Source: Eledone cirrhosa
Taxonomy: Eukaryota
Assembly (NCBI GenBank): GCA_964016885.1
Contig: OZ024741.1
Location: 29,884,001-29,948,000, forward strand
Length of the DNA: 64,000 nucleotides
Direction: 5' to 3'
Shown: piece after piece, positions 28,212 through 46,127 of the stretch
How the letters are laid out: the number at the start of each line of letters is the position of its first letter
Position numbering within the stretch: the first letter of the stretch is position 1
The notes under the pieces: model-generated
What the model was told of the DNA's origin: nothing
What the model saw: the letters and a program-made list of their open reading frames with translations, nothing else
Databases searched by the model: none
Position numbers and translations under genes: made by a program

Positions 28212-29339
28212 TGTTTGTGTGTGTAAGAATGTGGGTGTGTGGGTGTGCCAGTATGGGTATAAATTAATATATGCACATATCAACATCATACGCTACATCT
28301 TGACCATGGCCATCACCACCACCTACTCCATCACGTTGATCCTCCGGTTACATAGAAGAAATGAATTTATGGGCACCATTAACATTCGTACACGTTGCTC
28401 TTTACAATTACATTGCGTATGTTACACACATAACACCGTACAATCATCCTCTCAACAATACATACATATTAACACAGTCTGCATACATATAACTGTCCAG
28501 ATCGTTCGCTGCGCTTAATATATATAGTGAATATACGACATCATTAAACGCATTATTCGATATATCTTAAATGCTGACCCAAGCTTATTTTAAAATTCTA
28601 CTGCTGCTTCTGTGTTGATGCTGCTTCAATAATAGATTTCGGCAATATATTCTATTGATTCTCTCTCTGCTTTTCATTTCGACAAAACTCACATATCGCG
28701 CCATAGTAATATTTCAAGATTTAACAAATTAAAGAAAGCCGACTGTTGTTGCTTTTATTACCTTCTCTTCTCTTCTGTTTGATGTGCCAGCATCTATTTT
28801 GCATTTCTTTTGAAGCAAATTAGAACATTGCCGATGATATTCATAATAAAAATTAAAAATAAAAATGGCGAATCACTACGAATTTATTGTTCGACGAAAT
28901 AAAGAGTTCTGGTAGGATAGATGATTGTTGTTCATTTGACTGGCGGGAGGTGGGAGCCGTCATTTTATGATTTTTCTCCTTGTTATATTTACTATTTGTT
29001 GCTTTTATTTTTATTCTTGATAGTTATATAGTTGTTGTTGTTATTATTTCATTGTTGACACAGTTATTGTTGTTGTCTCAGTTGTAATTTTATTTCTCTA
29101 CATTATTCTTGTTAATATCGGTGTTCGTTTGTTGTTGATGTTGTTGATCGTGTTATTGTTGTAGGTTTTTATAAACAGTTTCATGGGATGCAATTTGGTG
29201 AAACATTTGAATGTGATCATGTAGATGTTTTTGTTGTCAATTTTTATTCACTATATGTTTGTTTTTGTTGGTTTGATAATGCTATTGTTATTGTTGTACT
29301 ATGTATTCTGTATAGTTCAATGAGATAGAGAGAGGGGTA

Positions 29340-29390
<51 letters not shown>

Positions 29391-29835
29391 ATGAAAGTCC
29401 GTGGCTGATTAGAACTAATACATCATAGTGTTTAGATTTATGCGTATTAATGTATAATGTAACATACTAGTGTCGAAGTATATATATGTAAAAATCTAGT
29501 ATATTTGTCTGTCAAAGTAGTTATTATCGATGTGAATTGAGAGAATCGCTAGAACGTCGAACAGAATGAATGTCTTCATGTTATGAGTTCTAATTGCTAC
29601 CGATGTCATTTTTATCGTTCATTCCTCCGCTGTCGATAAAATGATGCACCAATCAAGTATCGATGTTGATTTAATCGATTACAAATCAATTTCTCTGATA
29701 AATATATGGTTTTGAGTCAATATTTTATAAGAATATAAAGTTCCAAGTTATTCATGTTCCAGCAACATATTAAATGTGTTTATTAAAACTGAGCTTTGAG
29801 TATTATAGCAGTACCATGAAAAGGACGGAAATATG

Positions 29836-30701
29836 TTTTGTATAACCCAAGGTCACATCTACGTGGTACAGACCATAAGACAACATCTGAGTTGACTGTT
29901 TTATATAACCCAAGGTCACATCTACGTGGTACAGACCATTAGACAACATCTGAGTTGACTGTTTTATATAACCCAAGGTCACATCTACGTGGTACAGACC
30001 ATAAGACAACATCTGAGTTGACTGTTTTATATAACCCAAGGTCACATCTACGTGGTACAGACCATAAGACAACATCTGAGTTGACTGTTTTGTATAACCC
30101 AAGGTCACATCTACGTGGTACAGACCATAAGACAACATCTGAGTTGACTGTTTTATATAACCCAAGGTCACATCTACGTGGTACAGACCATAAGACAACA
30201 TCTGAGTTGACTGTCTTATATAACCCAAGGTCACATCTACGTGGTACAGACCATAAGACAACATCTGAGTTGACTGTTTTGTATAACCCAAGGTCACATC
30301 TACGTGGTTCAGACCATTAGACAACATCTGAGTTGACTGTTTTATATAACCCAAGGTCACATCTACGTGGTACAGACCATTAGACAACATCTGAGTTGAC
30401 TGTTTTGTATAACCCAAGGTCACATCTACGTGGTACAGACCATTAGACAACATCTGAGTTGACTGTTTTGTATAACCCAAGGTCACATCTACGTGGTTCA
30501 GACCATTAGACAACATCTGAGTTGACTGTTTTGTATAACCCAAGGTCACATCTACGTGGTACAGACCATTAGACAACATCTTAGTTGACTGTTTTATATA
30601 ACCCAAGGTCACATCTACGTGGTACAGACCATTAGACAACATCTGAGTTGACTGTTTTATATAACCCAAGGTCACATCTACGTGGTACAGACCATTAGAC
30701 A
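29836..30701. repeat. 60-bp minisatellite, ~14.5 near-identical copies
   Basis: Unit tataacccaaggtcacatctacgtggtacagaccat(t/a)agacaacatctgagttgactgtttt(a/g). Confidence 0.95.
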
Positions 30702-30806
30702 AAGGTCCATGCATGATTCAATTCTCTAAATTTACAGGCATATGATTTATCCACAAAGCAGACTTCCATATTTCATATCCCCACATACAATGACTAAACA
30801 ATTTAC

Positions 30807-31161
30807 TTGTTTAGTTGATAAACTGTTTAGTTGATAAACTGTTTAGTTGGTAAACTGTTTAGTTGGTAAACTGTTTAGTTGGTAAACTCTTTAGTTGGTA
30901 AACTGTTTAGTTGGTAAACTGTTTAGATAGCAAACCGTTTAGTTGGTAAACTGTTTAGTTGGTAAACTGTTTAGATAGCAAACTGTTTAGTTGGTAAACT
31001 GTTTAGTTGGTAAACTGTTTAGATAGCAAACTGTTTAGTTGGTAAACTGTTTAGTTGGTAAACTGTTTAGATAGCAAACTGTTTAGTTGGTAAACTGTTT
31101 AGTTGGTAAACTGTTTAGATAGCAAACTGTTTAGTTGGTAAACTATTTAGTTGGTAAACTG
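30807..31161. repeat. 16-bp minisatellite with a 48-bp higher-order period
   Basis: Unit gtttagttggtaaact; variant gtttagatagcaaact appears every third unit from ~30920. Confidence 0.9.
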
Positions 31162-32099
31162 CTGTTCTTATAATAAATGTTTAAACACAGCCTTGATCTT
31201 CTCCATTATGTTATATGATTATTGAATGCAATGGAAGACATGACAAGAGAGCAAGAATGTGATTAGATGATACATAAATTGTTTAAGCTCCATATTGTAC
31301 ATTCCTATATATAATAGATCATTTCGTTTATTATGTTTATCTCTTCCTGTTGTTGATGATTTAATTCTTAAGCTCAACTGAGACATCATTCATCATATAC
31401 GATAGAAATGATACTAGCGGTAACAATCACATAATTGTGTTCCAGAGAATGTATCTCAGACTACAAAATAAGTGGATTCTTACGAACATTTAAACGTGGT
31501 AGCGTGTGACATTACGATATCAGGGCGTCACACAATCAGTTTTACTATATGTATGGTTAGAAACAATCGGTGATGCGTCGTTTTGTATGTTTCAGAAATG
31601 AGTTTGGAAAGAGTTTTCATTGAACAATTGAAAGATCATCATGAGCGTGGAACAAATCCTGTTTTATATTGCATCACACGACACGCGGTTAAGCAAGGTT
31701 TCGATAAAAAAATACTGCTTGCAGTTACAGAAATGAAGACTACCTACTTACATACAAAACGCCATTTCTAATATTAATATTCAGTACATTAGCATTAGTG
31801 GTAACTGTGTTGGACTTACGATTATAATGCCGTGGGTTCCATTCCTGGTCTGGTTTGTGTGTTGTGTTCTTGAGCAAAACACTTCCTTTCACTTTGTTCC
31901 AGTATACTCAGCAATAGATGGGGGTTTAAACCTGCATTGGATTCACATCCTGTCCAGTGTGGTTTGAGACAGACTTTAGACTAGACTAGACATAGGCTTA
32001 AACATTAAATTCAGCTTCAAAAATGTGGGAAATCTCAGCACTTTCTGTACAGGTCGAGTGAGATGAGGTATGTATAAAGCAACTTAGAACGTAACACAG

Positions 32100-34910
32100 A
32101 AGTAAATATTCAATAATATCAAATGGGAAATGGCTGGTTTCTGACAACAGTGTCTACCGAGAAAGCTGTGAACAAGTCAACAGTCTGGGGTTGTGAGTTT
32201 TTTACTGAGCCCCAAATCACAAAATGTTTATTGAATATTAAATCTATTAGACCATGAACAATGATTGATACTTTTAATAGGAATTCTTAGAGGATAATAA
32301 TTTCTACATACAGTCCAATAATTAATGCAGAAAAGGCTGAAAGGTGAAACAATTCTACTGGAATCTATGAAAATTAACAAAATCTATTCTCAAATATAGT
32401 CTCACCATGATTAGAGGAGACTTAAAACCACAAATTGTACAAGGCCAGTCAAAGGGATCATCATACCGCTAAGGGGAAAATTGAAATGAACACTATCATC
32501 TAGGGTTTATATCTGAATATGAATTAGTCAGCCTGCGTACTGTGATATTGTATTCTGGAACAGTTCGTGTAATTCATTTTACGTCCGCTAGCTGTGTTGA
32601 AGTGGTTAGTCTGGAGTTAGTCTGTAGACAAATAGTAGTCTGTAGACATATAATAGTTAGTCTGTAGACAATAGTTAGTGGGTAGACAAATAATAGTTAC
32701 TCTGTAGACAATAGTTAGTCTGTAGACATATAGTAGTTAGTCTGTAGATAATAGTTAGTCTGTAGACAATAGTTAGTCTGTAGACATATAGTAGTTAGTC
32801 TGTAGACATACACTAGTTAGTCTGTAGACAATAGTTAGTCTGTAGACAATAGTTAGTCTGTAGACATATAGTCGTTAGTCTGTAGACAAATACTAGTTAG
32901 CCTGTAGACAATAGTTAGTCTGTAGACAAATAGTAGTTAATCTGTAGACATATAGTCGGTAGTCTGTAGACAAATAATAGTTAGTCTGTAGACAATAGTT
33001 AGTCTGTAGACATATAGTAGTTAGTATGTAGACATATACTCGGTAGTCTGTAGACAAATAATAGTTAGTCTGTAGACAATAGTTAGTCTGTAGACAGTAG
33101 TTAGTCTGTAGACAATAGTTAGTCTGTATACATACAATAGTTAGTCTGTAGACATATAGTAGTTAGTCTGTAGACATCTAGTAGTTAGCCTGTAGACAAT
33201 AGTTAGTCTATAGACATATAATAGTTAGTATGTAGACATATAGTAGTCTGTAGACAAATAACTGTTAGTTTGTAGACAAATAGCATTTAGTAGATATATA
33301 GTTGTTTGTTTATAGACAAATAGTAATTAGTTAGTAGACAAATAGTAGTTAGTCTGTAGACATATAATAGTTATCCTGTAGACATATTGTAATTAATAGA
33401 CTTATAGTAGTTAGTCCGTAGACAAATAGCAATTAGTTAGTCGTTAGTCTGTAGACATAATAGTCAGTTTGTAGACTGAAGTAGCTAGTCTGTAGACAAA
33501 TAGTAGGTAGTCTGTAGGTAAATAATAGCTAGTCTGTAGACATATAGAACCTATCTACTATAAATAATGTATCATATTATCCAGTGATGTGTATGGATTT
33601 ACTCAAGAAGAACATTCGGTTAAAGTGTAGAATTTCCGCCTTCTGTCAGTTTTCACGTCAAGTATTTGGTTCATAAAAATGTAAGGAAACTTATCGACCC
33701 CCAAATATGCAAATGAGTACAAAACACAAAGATAATATTCTTGTAAAAATGAAATGTAGAACAGTTCTACCAACTGTGAAGTCAATAGTTAATTCTAATC
33801 AGTTGGATCTCATAATCTGCGATCGGAATATAATTAAGCTTGCGTGTAGACTATATTAATCTTATGAAAAAAGAAGAGTATTCTCTATTATTAGAATAAA
33901 TTAATTAATGATTAACAATAAATATCACTCATTAGAAGTGAAGAACGGATTTCAAAATTTGACATCCAAGACCAATTATGAAACTGCATGTTCTAATTGC
34001 AATATAATAAGAAAATCAAATATAATCTTTCGAAATGACATGGCTCCAAGATTGTAAAACAGAAAGAAGGATACTGTGGAGAGAATGAGAAATAAACTAT
34101 GTACCGGGTTCGATGCAAACAGGATTAAACATACTTGTTCAACTAACAGATAACTATAGGATGCTAAGTATGTCCTAAATGATAAAACAGATGATATTTA
34201 AAAAGGCTCAAAACAACAAAAACACAAAATTGTTTGGAATACCATTAAGGAAATCAGAAGGAACAAAATGCCAAAGCAAGGAAGATAAAAGCAAATACTA
34301 ACAAGGGGCGTATTACCAAATAGAATTATCAGTTCTCGGTACCTATTAGTTAACTATTTGATACCAATAAGGCAGACAAATCAACAATATGTGAATAAAG
34401 CTCTGCCAATAAGTAGAGTCGATTTGAAAAGAAAATAACTTGAAAAGGTATAACAAATTTGCCAACAACAAAGCTGGTGGATTGGATAACATTCCAATTA
34501 AGGTTTGGAAGATCCTTGTTGGATGCCTGCAACAAAAGACTAATCGGCGATAAGCCAATCATATGAAAAGCAGAATATTGCCAATTCCGAAAGTGAGTGA
34601 TGCTCTGCATCACAGGAAATAGAGGTACGAGTTTATCAGTAATGTCTTCAAATATTTACAAATTGCAACTGGACTCGCAACCAAACCTGAGAAACAGTGA
34701 GAACGGATTTTAAACAAATACCTCAGCTGCAACACAAATTCCTTCTTTGTGAAGATTGTTAAAGGAATAAGCAATCAGAATCTGAAAGTAATATTAATAT
34801 TTGTGGATTTCAGAAATCCTTCGATTTAATACATCGCAAGAACAAATGGAATTTCTTGAATGTTTTGGAATTGTAGAGAAAATTGTAAATGCCATCGATA
34901 ATCTCTAATA
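32100..34910 (+). mobile_element. Heavily decayed RTE-like LINE (APE endonuclease + RT), interrupted by a minisatellite
   Basis: Remnant motifs LLSP..IISTYSP, QLDLII, NNKAGGLDNIPIKVWK, ILPIPK, LRNSENGF and FVDFRN.FD.IHR. Confidence 0.6.
32610..33545. repeat. 18-23-bp minisatellite with palindromic core gtctgtagac
   Basis: Repeats of tagttagtctgtagac(aa/atatag). Confidence 0.9.
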
Positions 34911-35197
34911 CGTATACAGCTTATATATTAAGAAAGGTCGACCAATATTAGTTGGACAGTGATTACACAGTATTGTTACACTTAGTACTCAACACTTCAT
35001 AAAGGGAACATAAACCTAATGCCAAATTTTATGGCAATCTACCACCATTAATAACTACGTGGCGAGAAAGAAACCTAAGATCAAAGGGTGCAGTAGTAAA
35101 GGAGAGGTAGTTTATTAGTTTTTGATATTGAAAGCTACATATGGCCAACGATGAAGTGGAAGGCCTCAAGTTATGTATATATATATATATATATATA

Positions 35198-35387
35198 TAG
35201 TAATAATAATAAATGTGAAGACTAAAATCCCAAGAGGTCTCGATAAGATTAGATATATATCCAATATATAAGAACACTAGAGCAAATATTTATTAAAATA
35301 ACAGATTAAAGTTTAAGCAAAGAATCGCTGCTTTCACCCTTAACGATACCTTCTGAAACTGAGTTTCAGAAGATCCCGTTAAGGGAT
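35198..35387 (-). mobile_element. Family C pLTR end with a short fold-back through the hammerhead core
   Basis: Matches the reverse complement of 45850-46019, then turns back at ~35361. Confidence 0.7.
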
Positions 35388-35998
35388 TTTTATGAAAAAC
35401 ATTTAGAAGGCCTTTCACTATGTATTTTTAGGGATTGTTTATAGAGATGAAGGCTAGTGTTCGACCAGTCACACCCTTTCCAGATGTTCATAACAAAGGA
35501 TTGGTGCATAACTTTTCCATGAAGCCAGTGAACAACACACATCAGGTATTAGATGGCCGTTGACTCTCATGATTACCTCTGCCCTTTTTAATGGCTTTTG
35601 ATTTTCGCTCTGTAAGAAGCCGCAACATCTCCCTCCTTACCAAGCAAGCTTGATGTGGTTGCCTGGTTAGTTTCCGACGCTTGGAGCAGGTGAGAGTTTG
35701 TATTGAGTTACATGTTACTAGTAGCATTGAAATGCGACTTGACACACTGGCACACACACACACAGACACACACACACATATATATATATATATGTATATA
35801 TAAAGGCTAAATAGGGAGTCCTGCTGCTTTAGAGTTCCACATATCACAGAGTCTTCAGACGAAAGTTCTTGTTTGATTGCGCTGTGATTAAGAGGCGAAA
35901 CTTCAGAGTAACAAGACCCACTATTTAGCCTTAATAAAATGAATATTGAAACTCTACTTCAGTATTTAACACACACTTCTTTCAGCCGCCATCGGCAT

Positions 35999-36070
<72 letters not shown>

Positions 36071-36734
36071 CCTATATCATTACCATATCAATATGCTAGA
36101 CACATAATGGTGTCTCACAAATGAGCAACGAGGGGAAAATCCTCTTTACCTGACATTCACAAAGATTAATGAGGCCATTCATATATCAAAAACAAAGAGC
36201 ACCATCGCCCCCCTCAATAGAAATTACTAACTGGAACAACCCAACCAACGCCCATGCTCTTACCTTGTAGCTGATGCTAAAGCTAGACACATCAGTCTAT
36301 ATCAAAGTTCGTGTGTGTATGTGTGTGTATGTGTGTGTATGTGTGTGTGTATTTGTGTGCGTATTTGCATATACAGCTGTGATGGTGTATGACAGTGACT
36401 GTTTCGATAAATATATAATATATACACACACACACACATATATATATATATTTTACACCTCAATCAATGTAATGAACATTTGACACCTCGTCCATATTAT
36501 ATATATATATGTGTGTGTAGATGTATGTATGTGTGTGTGCGTATCTGTGTGTGTGTATGGCTGCGGAACTATGAATATGTATGCATATACTTCGACATTT
36601 GTACGTATATATATACTAATGCTATACGAAGAATGCATGTATGTTTATGTGTGTGTGTGTGATTTCGGCAGACGGCCAACAGTTTTCTTTCGGCGAGGAA
36701 GTCGACTAAATAGACCTCAGTGCATTATTAACAC

Positions 36735-37040
36735 GTAAGGATGAAAGGCAAAGTTAACTGGATGTGAACTCAGACCATAAAGGGCCGTAACTCTTTGTTG
36801 CAAAGCATGGCGTCCGACCCTCTACCAATCCACCGTCCTCCACTAATAATTGTTTCTACTTTTAGCACGAGGCCAGCAATTATCCCAGTGCATTAGTGGT
36901 ACTTTATTTTATTGACCCCATAAAGATGAAAGGCAAAGTTAACCTCGACGGGATTTGAAAAGACCGTAAAGGGACCTAACTATGCTGCAAGGGCATGGCG
37001 TCCGTCCCTCTACCGATACTGCCAATTCACCGCCCTCCAC
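36735..37040 (-). mobile_element. Two tandem Nin-domain SINE copies
   Basis: Partial copy 36735-36843 and full copy 36847-37040. Confidence 0.8.
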
Positions 37041-37119
37041 TAATAATGATTTCTGGTATAGAGTATAGTATCTAGTCTTACACTATGAAGACAATAAGGA
37101 CGGTACAATGTGGTTTTTA

Positions 37120-37660
37120 TTGTCAGAATCAACCACCCCAGTTGATCCACCTGTTCTCATGGATGTCACCCAACCATTTTCCTCGGGATTTAACCCTGGG
37201 TCTCCTGCCAGTTGGTTTTCCTCGTGAAATCTGGCAAGTGATTCTTCCTCGAGACAATGTTACTACATGTCCGAAACATCGGAGATGTGTTCCCTTAAAT
37301 CTCAGAAGGAGTAGTTGTATCAAGTGAGAACCACGCACTCTTTCCAGTAACGTTACTCCAAATACCCTTCAGATGAACCCCATTTCATTAGATTGTATTC
37401 TCGAGCATTTTCTGTATCTCATTACCCAAGATTCATAATTAAGATTTGGCACTAATTCCGAATTGAAGATATCGAGTTTGTCTTTTACACCTACCTCCCT
37501 TCTTCTGAGTACCGAATGCTGAAGATGGCGCATTACTGCACAGGCTCCTACAACTCTAGCACTTATTCTAGCCCCCTGCCTTCCAACATTGGGGAACACG
37601 ACCCCTTGATACCTGCAATTTTCCACTTCACATATAAAGAGCATTTCTCCATTCACATAT
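37120..37660 (-). mobile_element. RTE-clade LINE RT C-terminal fragment
   Basis: EVENCRYQGV...KDKLDIFNSELVPNLNYESWVM...EMGF...LRCFGHVV...GRRPRVKSRGKW. Confidence 0.75.
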
Positions 37661-37756
37661 AAAGAGCATTTCTCAGGACTCGAATTAACACCCTCCCAAT
37701 TGTGAACTCAATGCTCAAACCAATAAAACACACACAGACATATATATATAATAGAC

Positions 37757-41608
<3,852 letters not shown>

Positions 41609-41640
41609 TATATATATATATGAGAGAGCGAGAGAGTGAA

Positions 41641-41721
<81 letters not shown>

Positions 41722-42087
41722 GATAGATATGTTTCTTTATTAGCCACAGGGGCACACAAGAAGGGGACAAATACAAAGGGGGAAGTTTACATACAATAAA
41801 AACGTGTAAACTACTATCACAAATGCAATTTAAAAGTTAATCGATTTTATCCAATAGGGGGAGACATTTCATATGAAATAGATAGATAGATAGATAGATA
41901 GATTCATATGTATTCATATATTAGTTTGACATTACATATACATACACTGATTATCTAAGCTCTTATCTTTGAGTATGCAGAATTACTTAAAATCGAAATC
42001 TCACAAATTCCCTATAATTAACGATCTACTTGTCATGTGGGTTATACATAATTTAAGGATGACATGTAATGACATGTAATGACATGT

Positions 42088-42275
42088 AATTGTTTCTACT
42101 TTAGGCACAAGGCCAGTAATTACCCAGTACATTACTGGTACTTTATTTTATCGACCCCGTAAGGATGAAAGGCAAAGTTAACCTTGGCGGGATTTGAACT
42201 CAGACTGTAAAGGGACGTAACTATGCTAGAAAGCATGGCGTCCAACCCTCTACCGATACTGCCAATTCACCGCCC
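42088..42275 (-). mobile_element. Full-length Nin-domain SINE with TSD
   Basis: A/B-box-like 5' end GGCGGTGAATTGGCAG...GAGTTCAAATCC; flanking tgtaatgacatgtaatt is duplicated. Confidence 0.85.
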
Positions 42276-42975
42276 TGTAATGACATGTAATTCACAGTGA
42301 CATAAATTATGCTAATTATTCATTCAGGTTGGGAGCAGGTGTTTATACATCATATCATCTAGTAATTACTTAATTAAATCAACATTTAATTTAACATATT
42401 TATTTCAAATACAATGTGTTTGCACCTAATTAAAGCGTAGGAAGAAGGAAAATAGTCAATAAGACATTTATTAACTTTGTGTCTCTTGTCAGAAACCAGG
42501 CAGAAAAACTGTCAGAGCAGTGTTGGCGTGAAGAGATTATGAGTTTATTTCCTTTGACATATGTTTCTTTGTCTATTATAAATTGTCTACATATGCCGAC
42601 TACAATATATATTGTTCAATCCTATGCAATGCATAATTATTTATTACACTTCATCAAAAAGCCTATAGTAGTGGAATTCAAGTGTTAACTACAAGGTAAA
42701 ATTCAGTAATGAGATTTTCGTTTAAGAAAATGTAAGTTAAAAATAGCATGAAATACAGTCAGTTAGTGTGACAGTAGAGGGGATTAAGGTAAATAGTATA
42801 TATATATATATATATTTATGTATATAGATGTATATATATGTATATATATATACATGTTTTATGATATATATCTATAGACATGTTTTATGATATATATCTA
42901 TAGACATGTTTTATGATATATATCTATAGACATGTTTTATGATATATATCTATAGACATGTTTTATGATATATAT

Positions 42976-44315
42976 CTATAGACATGTTTTATGGTATATA
43001 GCTCTGATTGTTTAATTTATTAAATTTTCATTGAACCACAAAGTGACCCGTTGCAAAACACGTATATGTATATATATGTATATATATATATGTAAACTTT
43101 TATATGTAATAATCTCCCATTAGGTTGAGATACAAATTTGGCTGTATTGTGCTGTGCTTTCTAGCAAAAAAGCCACTAGCCGTAAGCAACTACCACACCC
43201 CTTCCAACCTGATCGCTACTACGTCACGATTCTTAGCCATTTTGAATGAATTCTTGGAGCGATCACTTTGGAAAATTTAGTGTCTAAATAAGAGCAAATC
43301 TCCTGATGAAACCGGTGCTCGAGTTACATAATTATTACATAATTATTGGCAATCTCAAAATGCGGACGAAACCATGGTGGAGGTATTTAAATGCATTCTA
43401 TTTTCTCCTAGTTTATTTTACACCTAATTCTGTTTAATTGACTGTATCTGGGCGATTACGCTGTCGAAATATTCGATAAATATTCCGTTGCAGCCGACGC
43501 GAAGGGCTAGTTTCGGTTATTTATTGGGGATTTCTTCATAGAAGCCTCATTCTTATAGCCTGGTCTATTCGATTTTTTATATAGTTAATTATGCTAATTG
43601 GGAGAGGAAATGGTATATATTTTATCTTGTGATTCTATAGACATGTTTTATGGTATATAGCTCTGATTATTTAATTTATTAAATTTCCATTGAGCCACAA
43701 AGTGACCCGTTGCAAAACACGTATATGTATATATATCTATATATATATATATGTAAACTTATATATATAATAATCTCCCATTAGGTTGAGATACAAATTT
43801 GGCTGTATTGTGCTGTGCTTTCTAGCAAAATAGCCACTAGCCGTAAGCAACTACCACACCCCTTCCAACCTGATCGCTACTACGTCACGATTCTTAGCCA
43901 TTTTGAATGAATTCTTGGCGCGATCACATTGGAAAATTTAGTGTCTAGATCAGAGCAAATCTCCTGATGAATCCGGTGCTCGAGTTACATAATTCTTACA
44001 TAATTATTGGAAATCTCAAAATGCGGACGATACTAAGGTAGAGGTATTTAAATGTATTATATTTTCCCCTAGTTTATTTTACACCTAATTTTGTTTAATT
44101 GACTGTATCTGGGCGATTACGCTGTCGAAATATTCGATAAATATTCCGTTGCGGCCGACGCGAAGGGCTAGTTTCGGTTATTTATTGGAGATTTCTTCAT
44201 AGAAGCCTCATTCTTATAGCCTGGTCTATTCGATTTTTTATATAGTTAATTATGCTAATTGGGAGAGGAATGGTATATATTTTATTTTGTGTTTCTATAG
44301 ACATGTTTTATGATA
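42976..44315 (+). repeat. Tandem ~660-bp non-coding repeat, each unit with a hammerhead motif (43300-43383, 43961-44044), preceded by 26-bp repeats at 42850-42990
   Basis: Units 42976-43634 and 43635-44294. Unit 1 reads CUC CUGAUGA..CCG~CGG AC GAAA CCAUGG UG GAG; unit 2 ends GAUA CUAAGG UA GAG. Confidence 0.75.
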
Positions 44316-44346
44316 TATATATACATATATATGTGTGTGTGTGTGT

Positions 44347-44482
44347 ATAACGAAGGAATTGTGGTAATGAACCAGATGGACCATAACGCACCAGAGTACT
44401 CAATACTTAGAGTAGTAGAGTAGGAAAAAGTATGACCCCCAAACGGCTTGAGCTCTGCCGTCGGGGTCATACTTTTTCCTAT
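44347..44482. mobile_element. Short TA-flanked repeat family (also 47205-47375, 47435-47562 and a 3' piece at 17319-17360)
   Basis: Shared ataacgaaggaa...ggaccataacgcacca...gtagtagag...gccgtcggggtc...ttcctata. Confidence 0.7.
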
Positions 44483-44496
44483 ATATATATATATAT

Positions 44497-46014
44497 ATTT
44501 ATTAAAATAACAGATTAAAGTTTAAGCAAAGAATCGCTGCTTTCACCCTTAACAGGATCTTCTGTAGGGCCTACATAGGGTTAATCGCCAATAGATTCAA
44601 GCAGCGTCTCTACATGCATACCCATTCTTTTCGTTACCCTCTAAGAAGGAATATGACGTCACTTTCAGCTTATATTTGGAGTCTAAAAGACAACCACACC
44701 CTATAAAAGTTACACTGGGAGATCCTAGCTAGGGCTAGATCGTATAACGGAAATAAAAGACCATGTGACCTCTGCGCCGCTGAGGCCCTGGAAATACTCT
44801 ACGCCACAGACCACATCTTAAACAAAAAATCTGAGGCAATATCGGCTTGTAAACATAAATTGCACAAAACTTTCCTGTATTACCGCCCCACGTTATACCC
44901 TAACGGATAGTACGATCTATACGTGGATATTTTACGTCTTGATGTGGGAGCTAAGTATATGTTTGTTTATACCATTACTTATTTGCATAGGTAAGTATAT
45001 ATTACCTGTATCTTTTATGAAGGAACGTATACTTCCTCGTACGTATATTTGATTGTTTATGTTATGGCGTATAATTTTATATATTCTGGTACATATGGTT
45101 TGTCTATGTGTATACGGGAGTTTTGCGTCTGTGTGATTATGCCGGTTGCTACGTATGTAGGGCGTGTGTATATGTGTACTTCATGTTTTGGTTGACTTAC
45201 GTCTCCGAACATTCGTGTATTTACATGTAGGTATGTGTGTGCGCTTGTTATATACGTGTTTATTTATTTATATACGTTTATATAATTATTTATTTATTTT
45301 TATACACGCATACACACACACACATATTTATATGTGCGTGGCTTTGTATACCTATGGTAAGTGTTTTGCATATGCTTGTGTATGTACGTTTTTGTTTGCG
45401 TGTATGTATTTATTTATTTCGATTACTTCTGTATTGTATTTATTTACTTTGTCCTTAACTCTGTAGCGGAGATTCATTCGATCTCCTAGTTAGAATTTTA
45501 GTCTGCTACTTCTGATATACCATTTACGTGGTTTTATCTTTGCGTGCTATTGTTCTTCACGCTTCATATATGACGTATTATCTTGTTTTTTTTCGTTCAT
45601 TGCCAGAGAACGTCTCTATGAACCACCTAAGAGAACATTAGTCTACGACCTGTTTTATACCATAAACGTGGTTCTGTCTTTGCGCGTAATTGTTTTTCAC
45701 CGCTCCTATTAATGACGTATTATATTCGTTTTTATCCCGTTCTTTGCCAGCGAACGTTTCCACGAACCAAAGTATCGTCTTCCTGTCTTCCTCCGGTTGC
45801 AACGTTTTTTGAAATATCCACTTCTGCGTTTACAGATTGACTTTGTTAGTTTCAGAAGATCCCGTTAAGGGTGAAAGCAGCGATTCTTTGCTTAAACTTT
45901 AATCAGTTATTTTAATAAATATTTGCCCTACGGTTCTTATATATTTGATATATTTGATATATATTTATCCTTATCGAGCCCTCTTTGGATTTTAGTCTTC
46001 AAATTTATTATTAT

Positions 46015-46019
<5 letters not shown>
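44497..46019 (+). mobile_element. 5'-truncated WFNPP-type PLE: inverted pLTR stub, GIY-YIG remnant and family C pLTR
   Basis: 44497-44565 is an inverted pLTR piece. From 44566 it reads AYIGLIANRFKQRLYMHTHSFRYP...TSLSAYIWSLKD...ACKHK. HHR at 45848-45898. Both ends in (TA)n. Confidence 0.85.
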
Positions 46020-46060
<41 letters not shown>

Positions 46061-46127
46061 GTAGGTCCCGGGTTGAGTCGGGGATAACCACAGTAAGTAA
46101 GGTACTCAATACATGGCAAAGTAAAAT

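Noticed and set aside
29803-30714. 303-aa ORF of 20-aa repeats; array superficially CRISPR-like
   Set aside because: Pure 60-bp tandem repeat with no unique spacers, no cas genes and a eukaryotic context; the ORF follows from the unit length being a multiple of 3.
35800-35935. Inverted pair with hammerhead-like remnants
   Set aside because: Cores are too decayed (UUGAUUG; GAAC) to call as functional; counted only as a relic family.
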